Assembly: GCF_963678635.1 (NCBI RefSeq)
Contig: NC_087064.1
Span: forward strand, 45,985,437 to 46,049,436
Direction of reading: 5' to 3'
DNA length: 64,000 bases
From: Symsagittifera roscoffensis
Taxonomy: Eukaryota
Under the pieces are notes generated by a model. That model worked only from the letters and a program-made list of their open reading frames with translations, made no database searches and had not been told where the DNA came from. Both the position numbers and the translations under genes were made by a program. Every line of letters starts with the position of its first letter. Position 1 is the first letter of the stretch. Shown here piece after piece: positions 51,686 through 63,340 of the stretch.

Positions 51686-54630
51686 GGGAAATCTGAAAAA
51701 CAAATTCCACTTTCGAAACTAGAAACCGATCACGTTTTTCGTGATCTTTACACTTTTGCGGTTCGATAGTGGATTTTTCCTTTCTTTGAATAGTAGAAAT
51801 GAGCTGAACTTAAAAAGAAATTGAAAGTCAAACCGCGAAAGAAATTGAAAGTCAAAATTTTAGCACTTTTCCTGAAAAAACAAACGAACACAAAATTCAT
51901 CGCGACCTATAAAAGAGTCTGAACTACGATCATCCAAAAGTTGTTAAATCAGAAGAAAAGTCAGAGAAAAGTTAAATCAGAAGAAAATTGAATTTAATAA
52001 AACTTTAATTCCAGATCAATAGTTTCAAGTTTTAATAAATAGTATTACAGAGGTGAAGCGGAAAACTTCGCATCACTTGTGATAGATCTTATTTAGAGCA
52101 GGACAAACAAGCTAGTCGACACAAAAGGTGCAAGTCAAAAAACGGTCAGAAACGATCGCAAACTAGGCCCATAAAAATAAGAGATTTGTTATGAAGAAAG
52201 CTCGACAAAGAAAACAAACCGAGAAACAAAACAGCCAGTAGTAAGTAAAAAAGCATTGAAAAAAATCTGAATCAGTAACTAAGCCGATTAAACTTGGGTA
52301 GACGCTCGTAGAGTCGAAAATATCTGTCATAAAATTTCAAGCTACAAAAAAATTTCTTAACTCGAAGTTTTCAAATTTCACATTACCCTCTTACGCACGC
52401 GATGGAAAAAATAACGATGTCATTCAAACAACAAAAAGCGGTTAAACACATATAAAAGTAGCCGGATCCTTTATTTACGCTAGAACTGTTTCAAAGGAAA
52501 AAAGGAAAGTAGATAAAATCTGAGCTAATTTACAACCAACATGAACGCAAACATTGACGAGATTTGAGACTCAAAATACTGACATGCGGAAAATATGTAC
52601 GTGAAGTCACCCTCTCAGAATTGACTAATTCTTACAAAGTTGTAAAATGGCAAAAAAATAAAGTTCCCGATTAAAAGACACATGCTCTCGCAAGTATAAT
52701 ATGACAAACAATTTGACCTCAGATTCAGTGAAAACAAGGAGACCTTTCAACTAATGTTGCTAAGCAATTTGGCAATGACAGATGTAAAAAATATCAATCA
52801 TTCAATACCCATCGTAACTTGTTAGGGTGCTTTTTAACGTTTCACGAAACTCTTGAGCGAAACTTGCAACCTTTGTTATCTGAAAACAAGAGCAATAAAA
52901 AGAACACCAAAAAATCAAAAACGAAGCAGTTAAAGAAACATAGCCAACAGAGAGATGGGAAAGAACGCAAGGAAACGAAAAAAATCCTGATTTGTTTTTT
53001 GTAAAAAAAAAATAAACTTTTACTTTCGAACTTCAGAGAAAAAAATAGGGCCTTGCAGCTCTTTAGGTTCCAAGAACATTTAATGATTGACACTTTTTGA
53101 TTTAAAAAAAATAAGCCAAAGTGAGAAAACTGGATCAATAGGTTAATTTTTTCCACTGGGAAATCTGAAAAACAAATTCCACTTTCGAAACTAGAAACCG
53201 ATCACGTTTTTCGTGATCTTTACACTTTTGCGGTTCGATAGTGGATTTTTCCTTTCTTTGAATAGTAGAAATGAGCTGAACTTAAAAAGAAATTGAAAGT
53301 CAAACCGCGAAAGAAATTGAAAGGCAAAATTTTAGCACTTTTCCTGAAAAAAACAAACGAACACAAAATTCATCGCGACCTATAAAAGAGTCTGAACTAC
53401 GATCATCCAAAAGTTGTTAAATCAGAAGAAAAGTCAGAGAAAAGTTAAATCAGAAGAAAATTGAATTTAATAAAACTTTAATTCCAGATCAATAGTTTCA
53501 AGTTTTAATAAATAGTATTACAGAGGTGAAGCGGAAAACTTCGCATCACTTGTGATAGATCTCATTTAGAGCAGGACAAACAAGCTAGTCGACACAAAAG
53601 GTGCAAGTCAAAAAACGGTCAGAAACGATCGCAAACTAGGCCCATAAAAATAAGAGATTTGTTATGAAGAAAGCTCGACAAAGAAAACAAACCGAGAAAC
53701 AAAACAGCCAGTAGTAAGTAAAAAAGCATTGAAAAAAATCTGAATCAGTAACTAAGCCGATTAAACTTGGGTAGACGCTCGTAGAGTCGAAAATATCTGT
53801 CATAAAATTTCAAGCTACAAAAAAATTTCTTAACTCGAAGTTTTCAAATTTCACATTACCCTCTTACGCACGCGATGGAAAAAATAACGATGTCATTCAA
53901 ACAACAAAAAGCGGTTAAACACATATAAAAGTAGCCGGATCCTTTATTTACGCTAGAACTGTTTCAAAGGAAAAAAGGAAAGTAGATAAAATCTGAGCTA
54001 ATTTACAACCAACATGAACACAAACATTGACGAGATTTGAGACTCAAAATACTGACAAGCGGAAAATATGTACGTGAAGTCACCCTCTCAGAATTGACTA
54101 ATTCTTACAAAGTTGTAAAATGGCAAAAAAATAAAGTTCCCGATTAAAAGACACATGCTCTCGCAAGTATAATATGACAAACAATTTGACCTCAGATTCA
54201 GTGAAAACAAGGAGACCTTTCAACTAATGTTGCTAAGCAATTTGGCAATGACAGATGTAAAAAATGTCAATCATTCAATACCCATCGTAACTTGTTAGGG
54301 TGCTTTTTAACGTTTCATGAAACTCTTGAGCGAAACTTGCAACCTTTGTTATCTGAAAACAAGAGCAATAAAAAGAACACCAAAAAATCAAAAACGAAGC
54401 AGTTAAAGAAACATAGCCAACAGAGAGATGGGAAAGAACGCAAGGAAACGAAAAAAATCCTGATTTGTTTTTTGTAAAAAGAAAATAAACTTTTACTTTC
54501 GAACTTCAGAGAAAAAAATAGGGCCTTGCAGTTCTTTAGGTTTCAAGAACATTTAATGATTGACACTTTTTGATTTAAAAAAAATAAGCCAAAGTGAGAA
54601 AACTGGATCAATAGGTTAATTTTTTCCACT
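51686..54630 (+). repeat. Tandem duplication, 2 x ~1472 bp (51686-53157 and 53158-54630), nearly identical.
   Basis: Long stretches are identical, including the duplicated ORFs 52819..53004 and 54292..54477. A third unit begins at 54631 and diverges after about 25 bp. Confidence 0.8.
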
Positions 54631-54702
54631 GGGAAATCTGAAAAACTAAATCTCTCTTTCGATAATAGAAGTCGTTCACATTTTTTGCGCCAGTTTCGCT
54701 TT

Positions 54703-54733
54703 CGCAATCAGAGAGAGAGAGAGAGAGAGAGAG
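54703..54733. repeat. (GA)n microsatellite.
   Basis: Sequence cagagagagagagagagagagagcgc. Confidence 0.9.
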
Positions 54734-54929
54734 CGCAATTTATCTAAATTATAGAAGATGAATTTGAATTCAACTCACAGAGTTCATATATACCTTAAGG
54801 CATTCATAAATACGTCAATCTGTGTGAATCAACTTCTTTCGTTGTTAGAGCATTTTAGACTTTTTTCCTGCAAAAGAAAACAAAAAATATCACGATCTTT
54901 AAAAGTCAAAATCATTCACTTGAACTTCT

Positions 54930-55030
54930 ACTTCATAGAGCATAGCCAATCGAAGATTGGATCAGAGTAATGACCGCAAGTCAACATAAAAAACTCTTAC
55001 TCTTAAAAATTGCGTTCATTACTCTTAAAA
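54930..55030 (+). mobile_element. Miniature derivative of MITE family A, about 100 bp, with the 5' and 3' TIR regions fused.
   Basis: Sequence CATAGCCAATCGAAGATTGGATCAGAGTAATGACCGCAAGT…GCGTTCATTACTCTT has no internal region. Confidence 0.45.
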
Positions 55031-55886
55031 ATGCGTAAATTTTAGCGCTGAACAGGTAAATGTAGATATTTAACAGATGCGTGTACCAAAAACAGATAGA
55101 GGTAATCATTTTAGGGCAGGTCGGTAAATAGTGAATGTCATGACATTTTAAAACAGCCAACAGATAGCTGGAACTAAAAAACGATAAATATGATCGAATT
55201 ATTTAAAACTAATTTTCAACTTCTAAATTTTGGTTTAAAAATTACCAAGTAATAGCTCTTTGCATTTCAAGAATCTTGTATAATAGTATTTTTTTCTATG
55301 AAGATGACTATTGGAGAACTCTAGATCAATATTTAAATTTTCAAATCAACAAAAATTAAAACCCCTTTTGAAGCTAACAGTCATTTTGCTTTCCTCACAG
55401 TTAAAGTAATTTGCATTCCTCTTAGCAAATGAATTTAAATCGAAGTAAAGGAATCAAACGTCAAACCACTTAATTGAATTATTTAACAAATCGTGAACAA
55501 CTTTTTCTTGTAAAAAAGTCAACACGACCTATATAAGCGTCTTCATTACATTCATTGACATTTAATTATGATGATACAGGATTCATATTTTAAAAGAGAG
55601 AGTTAGTTTGCTGTAAGTTTTCCCTTCTTTCAGAAGCATTTTAGACCCAAATAACTGCGTGGATTCTTTCTTATAAGCAGAAAAAGGCCGAGTCTATGCT
55701 TCTTCATAGCTATCTTATAAATCATCTACAAGCCAAAAGACTGATTAGCATTTGAACAACCTAGTTTTGACACTCTTTATTGAATTGCATCACAACAGAA
55801 CAGTATTCTTTATCGTGAATGCCCCGTGACTGTTAAATTGAAAAAGAAGGCAACTTAAATGAAGTTGATTGAATTTTTTGATTGAC

Positions 55887-56019
55887 TTATTTGTACCTGC
55901 GGGAGACAAATGAAGCAGCAAAAGAGCAGCGGCTGTAAAATAACTTCCAAATTTTGCCTCCATTGTCTTGATAAATGACTCCAAAAGAGCATTCACAGTT
56001 TGCGGAAGGGCCTTGATCC
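55887..56019 (-). CDS. Gene exon (LNARIKALPQTVNALLESFIKTMEAKFGSYFTAAALLLLHLSPA in one frame).
   Basis: Acceptor gtctggtctattttcag|CTG and donor CGCAG|GTACAA are both strong. Two frames are open across the exon, so the frame choice is tentative. Confidence 0.45.
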
Positions 56020-57179
56020 TCGCATTCAGCTGAAAATAGACCAGACATGGTAATCATATAACCTTCCTTCCTTGTAAGGACAAGATTGATATAACAATGA
56101 ATTAAGAGGATGCTTTGAAGGTAACCTGAAACCCATACTATTTTGGAAAGCAATCAAATTAAATGCACCACTGAATCCAATACTGAGTCAACCGGATACT
56201 TTGAACTCAGAAAATCGTCAAATGAGCGACCTTGAAAATTTGTCCAACTGATCACCGCAATCAGCTAAAAAAGATTTTCAATCTAACTTCAAATCGGATT
56301 ATTGAAAGTAGGTTCGTGTGAAGTAAAGTCTCTTGAGCTGTTTTCTCTTGGGGGCAATAATTGGTTGAAATTTCTATACCGTCAAAAAAATAGGATTGAC
56401 ATTTTCAAGCTACTCGGTGAGGGGCTAAAATGGGACAGAATCAAAAACTGACTGTGACAAAATAAAAACATCAGTACGTGAAAAAAATGACTAAAAAGTA
56501 CAACTATACGCTCATATCAAACAGTACCTCTATTTCCAGGCATACAATTTTTGAAATTTTGCAAACTGGGTTTTTCAATATGCTATGGAAAAAAAGATAA
56601 AATTACTTAGATAGCCGGTTGCTGTGCAAGAAGCACAAAAATTCCGAGAGTTATTTAAAAAGAGGTTTTCAAAATTTTTTTTTTCTATTTAGGCCGTTTT
56701 TTGTTCGCCATTGGAGAAAATGAATCAAAAAAGAACGCTCAGATAGCATTGGCCTCAACCGACTACGAAAAACAAAAAAAAATCAAACACAATTTTTTCT
56801 TAAAAATAAAGTTTTTTTAAACAAATTTTCTAAGTTTTAAATGCCAAAAAGGCGCAGCACAAATCTTCACAAATAATTTTTTTAAATAAAACTAAGTTTT
56901 CCATATCTAAAAAAAACTTTCATATAATGAACGTTACTAGCTCATTGTACTCGCTTGACGATGAAAAAAGCTTAAATTTGAGATATCACTCACCGCTGTA
57001 GATTCTCCTGTACATGTGTACTCTATACTGTTCAAAAAAATGTTTCTGATATGATTTTAACACAGATGGTAGTTTAGTGCAAAGTTAAGCGGGGTTACAA
57101 TAAAACGTTTTTTCATAAAGGAAGATGCTTGCGATGCCATTTTAACCGCTATAAACATGCACTAGCGTTTAACGCACCT

Positions 57180-58560
57180 TCGGTGCTTCGAAGTTTTTCG
57201 ACAACTTATGAAAAACCGCATATATTGGAAACAACATCTGCAAAATTTTAGTGTACTGTGACTGCACCCAATTACAGGGTTGGTAATTTCGAACTTTTAA
57301 ACTTTCTTTTTATTACCATTTTGAAAGCGTCATCTCGAAAACTTAATGGGCCTCTGGAGAACTTTGGAGGCCAGATTTGCAACCACTGAGAGTCCCTGAG
57401 AGCACCCTACTATAGGGTTAGGAATCCAAAATTTTGTGAATTTTTTAAACCTAAGTTTCCCGAAAAAAAAAATTGAAAAAAAACGTCTTATCTCGAAAAC
57501 TAAAAGGATTTGAGCATTCGTATTAAAAGGCAAGATTTGAGACGCCTGGGTGTACAATGACAATAAGGTTGCATTTTCATCAAGTTAGTAGTTTCAAACT
57601 TTTTTGAATTTCTTTGTAGATAAGTTTTTTGAGAAACTTTGAAAAAAATCAAAAAACGTCACATCTCGGGAAACTAAAAGCATTTGAGCAGTCGCGTTTA
57701 ACAGTCGTATGTGGCAAGATTTGCAACTCTTTAGAGTACCCTGACAACACCGAACTATACCGTTGGAAAATTCAAATTGTGCAAACTAATTAATATAAAC
57801 TTTCTGAAAATTTTGAAAAAATCACAAAAAACGTCACCTCTCGAAAACTACAAAGAATTGAGCAACCATAATTGGAGGCAAGATTCGCAATCCTTGAAAG
57901 TACTCTGACAGGACCTAACTACAGGGTTGGGAATTTCATACTTTTGAAGAAAAATAATTTAAGTTTTCTGAAAACTTTTGAAAAAATCACAAACGTCATA
58001 TCTCGAAAACTACAAAGAATTGAGCAGTCAAACTTAGAGGCGAGATTTGCAATCTTTGAGAGTACTCTGACAGGACCTAACTACAGGGTTAGGAATTTCA
58101 GATTTTGCAAAAAAAAATTAACATTGGTTTTCTGAAAACTTTTTGAAAAAATCAAAAAACGTCATATCTCAAAAAATACAAAGATTTGAACAGTCATATT
58201 TGGAGGCAACGCTTGTAACTCCTTAGAGTACTCTGACGGCACCCAACTACAAGGTTGGAAATTTCAGATTCATAGAAAAATAATCATAACTTAAGTTTTC
58301 TGAAAATTTTTGAAAAAAATCACAAAAAACGTCATATCTCGAAAACTACAATAATTTGAACAGTCATATTTGGAGGCAAGATTTGTAACTCCTTAGAGCT
58401 CTCTGACAGCACCCAACTACACGGTTGGGAACTTCAAGTTTTGTAAATGATTTAATTATTTGAAATTTCTGAAAACTTTTGAAAAAACTCAAAAATCGTC
58501 TTATCTCGTTAATTAAAATGATTCGGGCATTCAAAATTGGAGGCCAAATTCGCAACCCCT
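57180..58560 (+). repeat. Satellite-like tandem array of about 8 units of 165-172 bp.
   Basis: The unit contains …CGTCATATCTCGAAAACTACAAAGAATTGAGCAG…GAGGCAAGATTTGCAA…CTACAGGGTTGGGAATTTCA and recurs at 57330, 57483, 57657, 57830, 57994, 58160, 58330 and 58497. Confidence 0.7.
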
Positions 58561-58984
58561 AATTCGATATTGGACTGCTTAATTTAAACTCGGTAAAATA
58601 ACCCTGAAAATCAAATTGGAAAATCGAAAAAATTCTTAACCATTGCAATATACGATATAGCTTAAACATGCAAAAAATAATACGTTGAAAAAGCTTAAAC
58701 ATGGCGAGATAGTGAAGCCCGCATTTAAATATATAATAGATAATAGATTAGAGCCCTTAGATTCGCTACCAGAAGCAGATCTTTAGTGTACGAACTGTTT
58801 TTTTTGCAGATGACATTTTCGACTAACACATTTTCGACAAAGAGAAAAAAGTTGCAGCTTTGCGGCGTGCCAATGGAGGTTCTACTCGCAGAGTCACAAA
58901 CATTGACAAAAAAATTTTAGGGAAAGCCGATATTTTGAGCGATGAAACAGGGAAACCAGTACTTAACAAAAAATTACAACCACC

Positions 58985-60440
58985 GAAACTACTATGGGGA
59001 AAACTGAAACTGAAGCTGGACTAATTATTAATCGCATTGAATATTGGTAAAATTCTGTTAAATCATGAGACAAAATACTAAGTAATTTTGATGAACACTC
59101 AAAATCTACATTCGAAAATTTTGTTATCATGAGATCTTTCGGTTCCTACAATTCAAAAAATAACCAACACACGAAGTAGAAAAGTTAGTTTAAAAGGCAT
59201 TGACTATACATAGAGGCCAAGCGGAGCTTCGCATCACTTGCGGTACTTCACAAACAAAAACATATAAGCCGAAAAAAAGATAAATATTGAAAAACACTAG
59301 GTGTACCAAAATCAGCTGAGCCGAAGTTAATTGGATCTGTATAAAAACATCAAGTCCTCCTTGAAGCTACAAAGAACAACACTTGCAAGAACAATGATAA
59401 TTGCTTGCAGCAAAACAAAATCCGTGATGTGGCAACTAAGCCGACAAAATTGGCAACTAAGCCCACAAAACTTGAGCCAATTTTCATTTCATGAACGTTA
59501 CTAGCTCCCTATACCCGCTCGACGATGAAAAAACTTGAATATGAGATATTACCCAACATAATACGGCGATTATATGGCAACTGATTTTGCGTGGAAAAAA
59601 GCTTGAGCACGCCCAAAGACGAAGTTCCTCTCCAAATTTGAAGGATTTAACCCAAGAAAACATTAATGCATGCTGCGTTTTTGAACCAAAAGAAATAGAT
59701 ACCACAATATCAATGGATTCGCTGCTTTTCCAGAAGAAAATATTTGAGCTTTATAGGAGAATCGAAAAGATAAAACAAAACATAAACTGAAATCGAAAAG
59801 ATGCGGCAAAAAATGATTATTTCTGCTAAGCAATTTACAAATATGATTTCTCCTGTACAAATAAATTCTAAACTCTTCAAAACGACATTCTTTCCAATAT
59901 GATTTCAAAAAAGAGGATAGCTTAGCGCAAACTTAGCAATATATAACGACCACAAACACCAACAATTGGAAAACTCATACTGAAGCTCGAAACTTTAAGA
60001 GTCGCTTTAAATATTGGTGACAACTTACTTAAATTCATGGACAAAATTCAAAGAGATCTTCTTAAATTCATAGAGATCTTCTTAAATTCATAGAGATCTT
60101 TCGGTTCCTACAAGTCAATAAATAATCAACCAAAAAAGAAGAACAGTTAGTTTAAAAGGTAGTGCTCACACACAGAGGTGAAGCAGCTAATCTTAGCATC
60201 ACTTGCAAATCAACAAAAAAAAATATAAAAAACAGCCAAAAAAATGATAAATGTTGAAAAACACTAGGTGTACCAAAGTAGCTGAGCCGGAGTTATTTCG
60301 ATTTGTAAAAAAAGTATCAAGTCCTCCCTGAAGCTACAAAGAACAACACTTGCAAGTACAATGAAAATTGCTGACAGCAAAAAAAAAATCCGTGATGCGA
60401 CAACTAAGTCGACATAACTAAGCAGCCAAACGAAAATCCG
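58985..60440 (+). repeat. Two diverged copies (58985-59470 and 59965-60440) of a ~480-bp repeat that carries the SINE-type GCGAAG/CTTCGC hairpin. The second copy has a 3 x 21-bp internal micro-tandem.
   Basis: Shared blocks are …gagatctttcggttcctaca…, …gaggccaagcggagcttcgcatcacttgc…, …cactaggtgtaccaaa… and …ccgtgatgtggcaactaagccgac…. Confidence 0.5.
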
Positions 60441-60754
60441 AAAATTTGATTTTTACCGGAAAAAAATTAATATCGTACATGATGAAAAACAAGGCCCAGT
60501 CGGGACTCAAACACCACACTTTAAAGTCCAAAGGCAACCATGATACCTCTCGTCCTACTGGTAACGAGCCTGAAAAATGTTACGGTTCACTAATAAAGCA
60601 ACGAAGATCTGCAACAAAATTGTTTAGGGGAAAAGTGAAAAGTATAATTTAAAGCAAATAAAAATTTTAAAGTGGGTCTCAATGTTGAGATGGCGGAAAA
60701 AATCTGAAACACTGCTTCCCGAAAAAATTTAAATCGTTTGAAAAATAAAAACAC

Positions 60755-60873
60755 TCCTTGCAAAAATTTGCTTTTATTTCATCATGATATATGTGGAACA
60801 AGACTTTTTGAAATGCTGGATACTTCAAATCGGGTAGAATCGACAAATTTAATCCGCCGGAGAAAAGCATGTC
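60755..60873 (-). CDS. Candidate gene exon (DMLFSGGLNLSILPDLKYPAFQKVLFHIYHDEIKANFCKE).
   Basis: Strong acceptor ttttttttcgattcatccag|GAC and a moderate donor GA|GTGTTT. Its phase is not reconciled with exon 55887..56019. Confidence 0.3.
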
Positions 60874-61039
60874 CTGGATGAATCGAAAAAAAAACACTCA
60901 ATTTTACAATACGCGTGATACACTAGGTAACATATGATTCAATTCCACCAAAAAAAATAAGTGTAAAATAAATATTCAAAGTGTCGAGAAAGAAAGATGA
61001 ATCACTTTGTTTAACATGGAAAATATTAAATCCTGTTAT

Positions 61040-61240
61040 GAAGGGTAAAACAGAGGTGAAGCTGTGCTTCGCAAAAAACAGAGAGAAAACGACAAAAAGC
61101 AGCTCTACAAAAGCAATAAGCAAAAGAAAAAGCCTCGAATTAGTAAGAACTCGGCAACGCCTAGAAACCGATCTCCGATCTAGAGATTATGAGTCTCAGA
61201 CACTAACCACTCAGCTACGGAAGCTTAATGAATATCAAAC
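61040..61240 (-). mobile_element. SINE-like element, tail plus tRNA-like part, with anticodon loop CTCATAA (Met-like).
   Basis: Hairpin gaggtgaagctgtgcttcgc, an AAGCCTCGAATTAGTAAGAACTCGG block and a tRNA-like segment. Confidence 0.45.
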
Positions 61241-62859
61241 ACTAACCGCATTCGAAATTCAAATTAAACATTAGATGCCCTTACGGCTATTTGAATTTTA
61301 AGAACAACTTATGATTGGCAGTTTTTTTGATAAAATTAACTCCATTTGAGAAAACTTGATCAATAAGCAAACTTTTTATTTCGCTCGAAAATCTATAAAC
61401 TAAATTCCACTTTCAAAACTAGAAGTCGATCACGTTTTTGGGGACGTTTGCACTTTTGCTATTCGATAGTGGTTTGCTTTCTCCAAAATCAATGAACTGG
61501 AATTGAAAAGAAATCACAAGTCGAACCGCGAAGAAGTAAATTTGCGCCTGAACAAATTTTAATACTTTCCCGAAAAAAAGAGAAAAAAATCATCGCGTCC
61601 TATATAATAATCTGCACCACGTTCATGGACTTTTAAAAAACTTATCAAAAAACAATTCAGATAAAGGAAAAAAAGAACATATGGTGCATGAAAAAAAGTG
61701 TAAGGTAGTTTTCAATTGGCGAAAAAAAATTGAAAATCAAGCAATACAAGTTTTTCTTCGAAAACTATTTTTTTTTTGGTTTTATCAAGTTTATACTAGG
61801 CCCAATATATCTTATGGCGTTTTTACATATGACTTTTCATCAAAATGTGTCTTGCAAATACTTGTTTTTGAGCAAAGTCGGATGATAAGGACCATATGTT
61901 TCAGGATTAAAAATAAAAAGGAATTTTTCTGGAATAAACCAAATTTTCTGAAATACAAAAACAACTTCTTAGGTTTTTATCGTGTTCCTGCCAAACCCAT
62001 TATATCTTATGGCTTTTTTAATGTTGCTGCGCCTCAAAAATTTCTTTGCAAAGAAAAAACTACGTTTACTCAAAGATATCGTTGATCAGTTACCATGAAA
62101 ATCACATCTGAAAATTTTAAACAGAGATGAGTTAACTTAAAGGTGATCTACGAGAGCTCACAAACCAAAAATTCTTAATTTAAAAATAATTAGAACAAAC
62201 TCCTTGCAGAGTTCATTCAGCCATAGGAGTAAAAAAAAAACTTAAAATCTTTTACCCTCAAACAAACTTCTACTTGACACGAAAAAATATTAACTATAAA
62301 TGGAATTAATTAATACCGTTTTTACAGCAAAAACTGTTTTCTCAAAGATAATTCCTATTTATACGAATTAAATTTTCCTATTTTTCTTTGCTGTTTCTAG
62401 TTTTTCAGGGACGCGCCTTAGTTTGTGCGTAAACCTTATGCGTTAGATACTGTTTGTGAGTGATGCTGTGAGTTAGAAACAATCTATTTATGCCTTTCTC
62501 ACTAAATACTCTTAGTTTGCTTGAATTTCCTGGCCGGATCAGAGCCCGGTAGTTTGTTTGTCCTAAACAAAAACCTCACCTCCGCACCCAAATGAGCATG
62601 GAACTTGAATGATTATGAATGAGGCTACCAAATCATTCAATAATTCAGTGGGACAATTTGTTTACACGAACAAACAAACTTGTTCTAACTTGATACTGCT
62701 AGCCACACAAAATAATAAAAAAGGTTTTTATACTCCACGAATCCACGCGTTTTTATACCGCGAATCAATCAACGACTATTTACTCTTCGATCAAATCCGA
62801 GCATATTTACTCCTCGGCGAAGCCTGATCATTAAACAGTATTGGTAACAAACAGCACAC

Positions 62860-63129
62860 CTGTTCATAGGTTCCGGACATCCGCAATTCGTCGCACGCGT
62901 ATGTTAAATACAACGGATTTGAGGCGTCTCTCTTAGACACCAGCTGTCCCAGTTGGTTATTAAAAGCAGCCGTGTCTAGGTGTTTGCCAAAGTTACTAAG
63001 ACGACTTTGCACCAGGTGTTTCCTGTCCACGACATTTAGTTCCCCTATTGAAATGACGTCATCGGCCAATTCCTCGGCTCGCTTGTGAAGAGGTCCAGAG
63101 GAGCTGACGCTGAGCACAAAGACACAACC
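62860..63129 (-). CDS. Gene exon, STAND/NACHT-like region (GCVFVLSVSSSGPLHKRAEEL…NPLYLTYACDELRMSGTYEQ).
   Basis: Acceptor ttttgtttag|GGT and donor CAG|GTGTGC enclose exactly 90 codons. The xxVLSxSSxP and PLYLxxAC motifs resemble NACHT sensor and winged-helix motifs. This resemblance is from memory and was not computed. Confidence 0.5.
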
Positions 63130-63139
63130 CTAAACAAAA

Positions 63140-63340
63140 TTATGATTGTTGTTGTTCCGAAATTGACCCCGAATCCAAAAATCCGTTCCACTCTGCGTTT
63201 TTGTTCATTGTTGTTGTTCCTAAATTGACCCCGAATCCAAAATTCCGTTCCACTCTCCGTTTTTGCTCATTGTTGTTGTCCCAAAATTGACCCCGAATCC
63301 AAAATTCCGTTCCACTCTCTGTTTTTGTTCCAGCCAATTT
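63140..63340. repeat. Tandem repeat, 3 x ~62 bp (TTGTTGTTCCNAAATTGACCCCGAATCCAAAATTCCGTTCCACTCTNCGTTTTTG).
   Basis: Three near-identical units. This explains the ORF 63140..63337. Confidence 0.8.

Noticed and set aside
52819-53004. Lysine-rich 61-aa ORF, duplicated at 54292..54477.
   Set aside because: It lies inside a MITE-derived segment of the 1.47-kb tandem duplicate. Its conservation is due to DNA duplication, and it is low complexity.
57180-58560. Regularly spaced direct repeats (also at 10195-10925 and 17700-18585) that resemble a CRISPR array.
   Set aside because: Units are 165-180 bp with no short repeat/unique spacer alternation and no cas genes. The context is eukaryotic with introns. 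These are satellite or tandem repeats.
63140-63337. ORF (65 aa, minus strand) immediately upstream of the NACHT-like exon.
   Set aside because: It is encoded entirely by a 3 x 62-bp tandem repeat. It reads through the intron acceptor and starts with a non-ATG codon.
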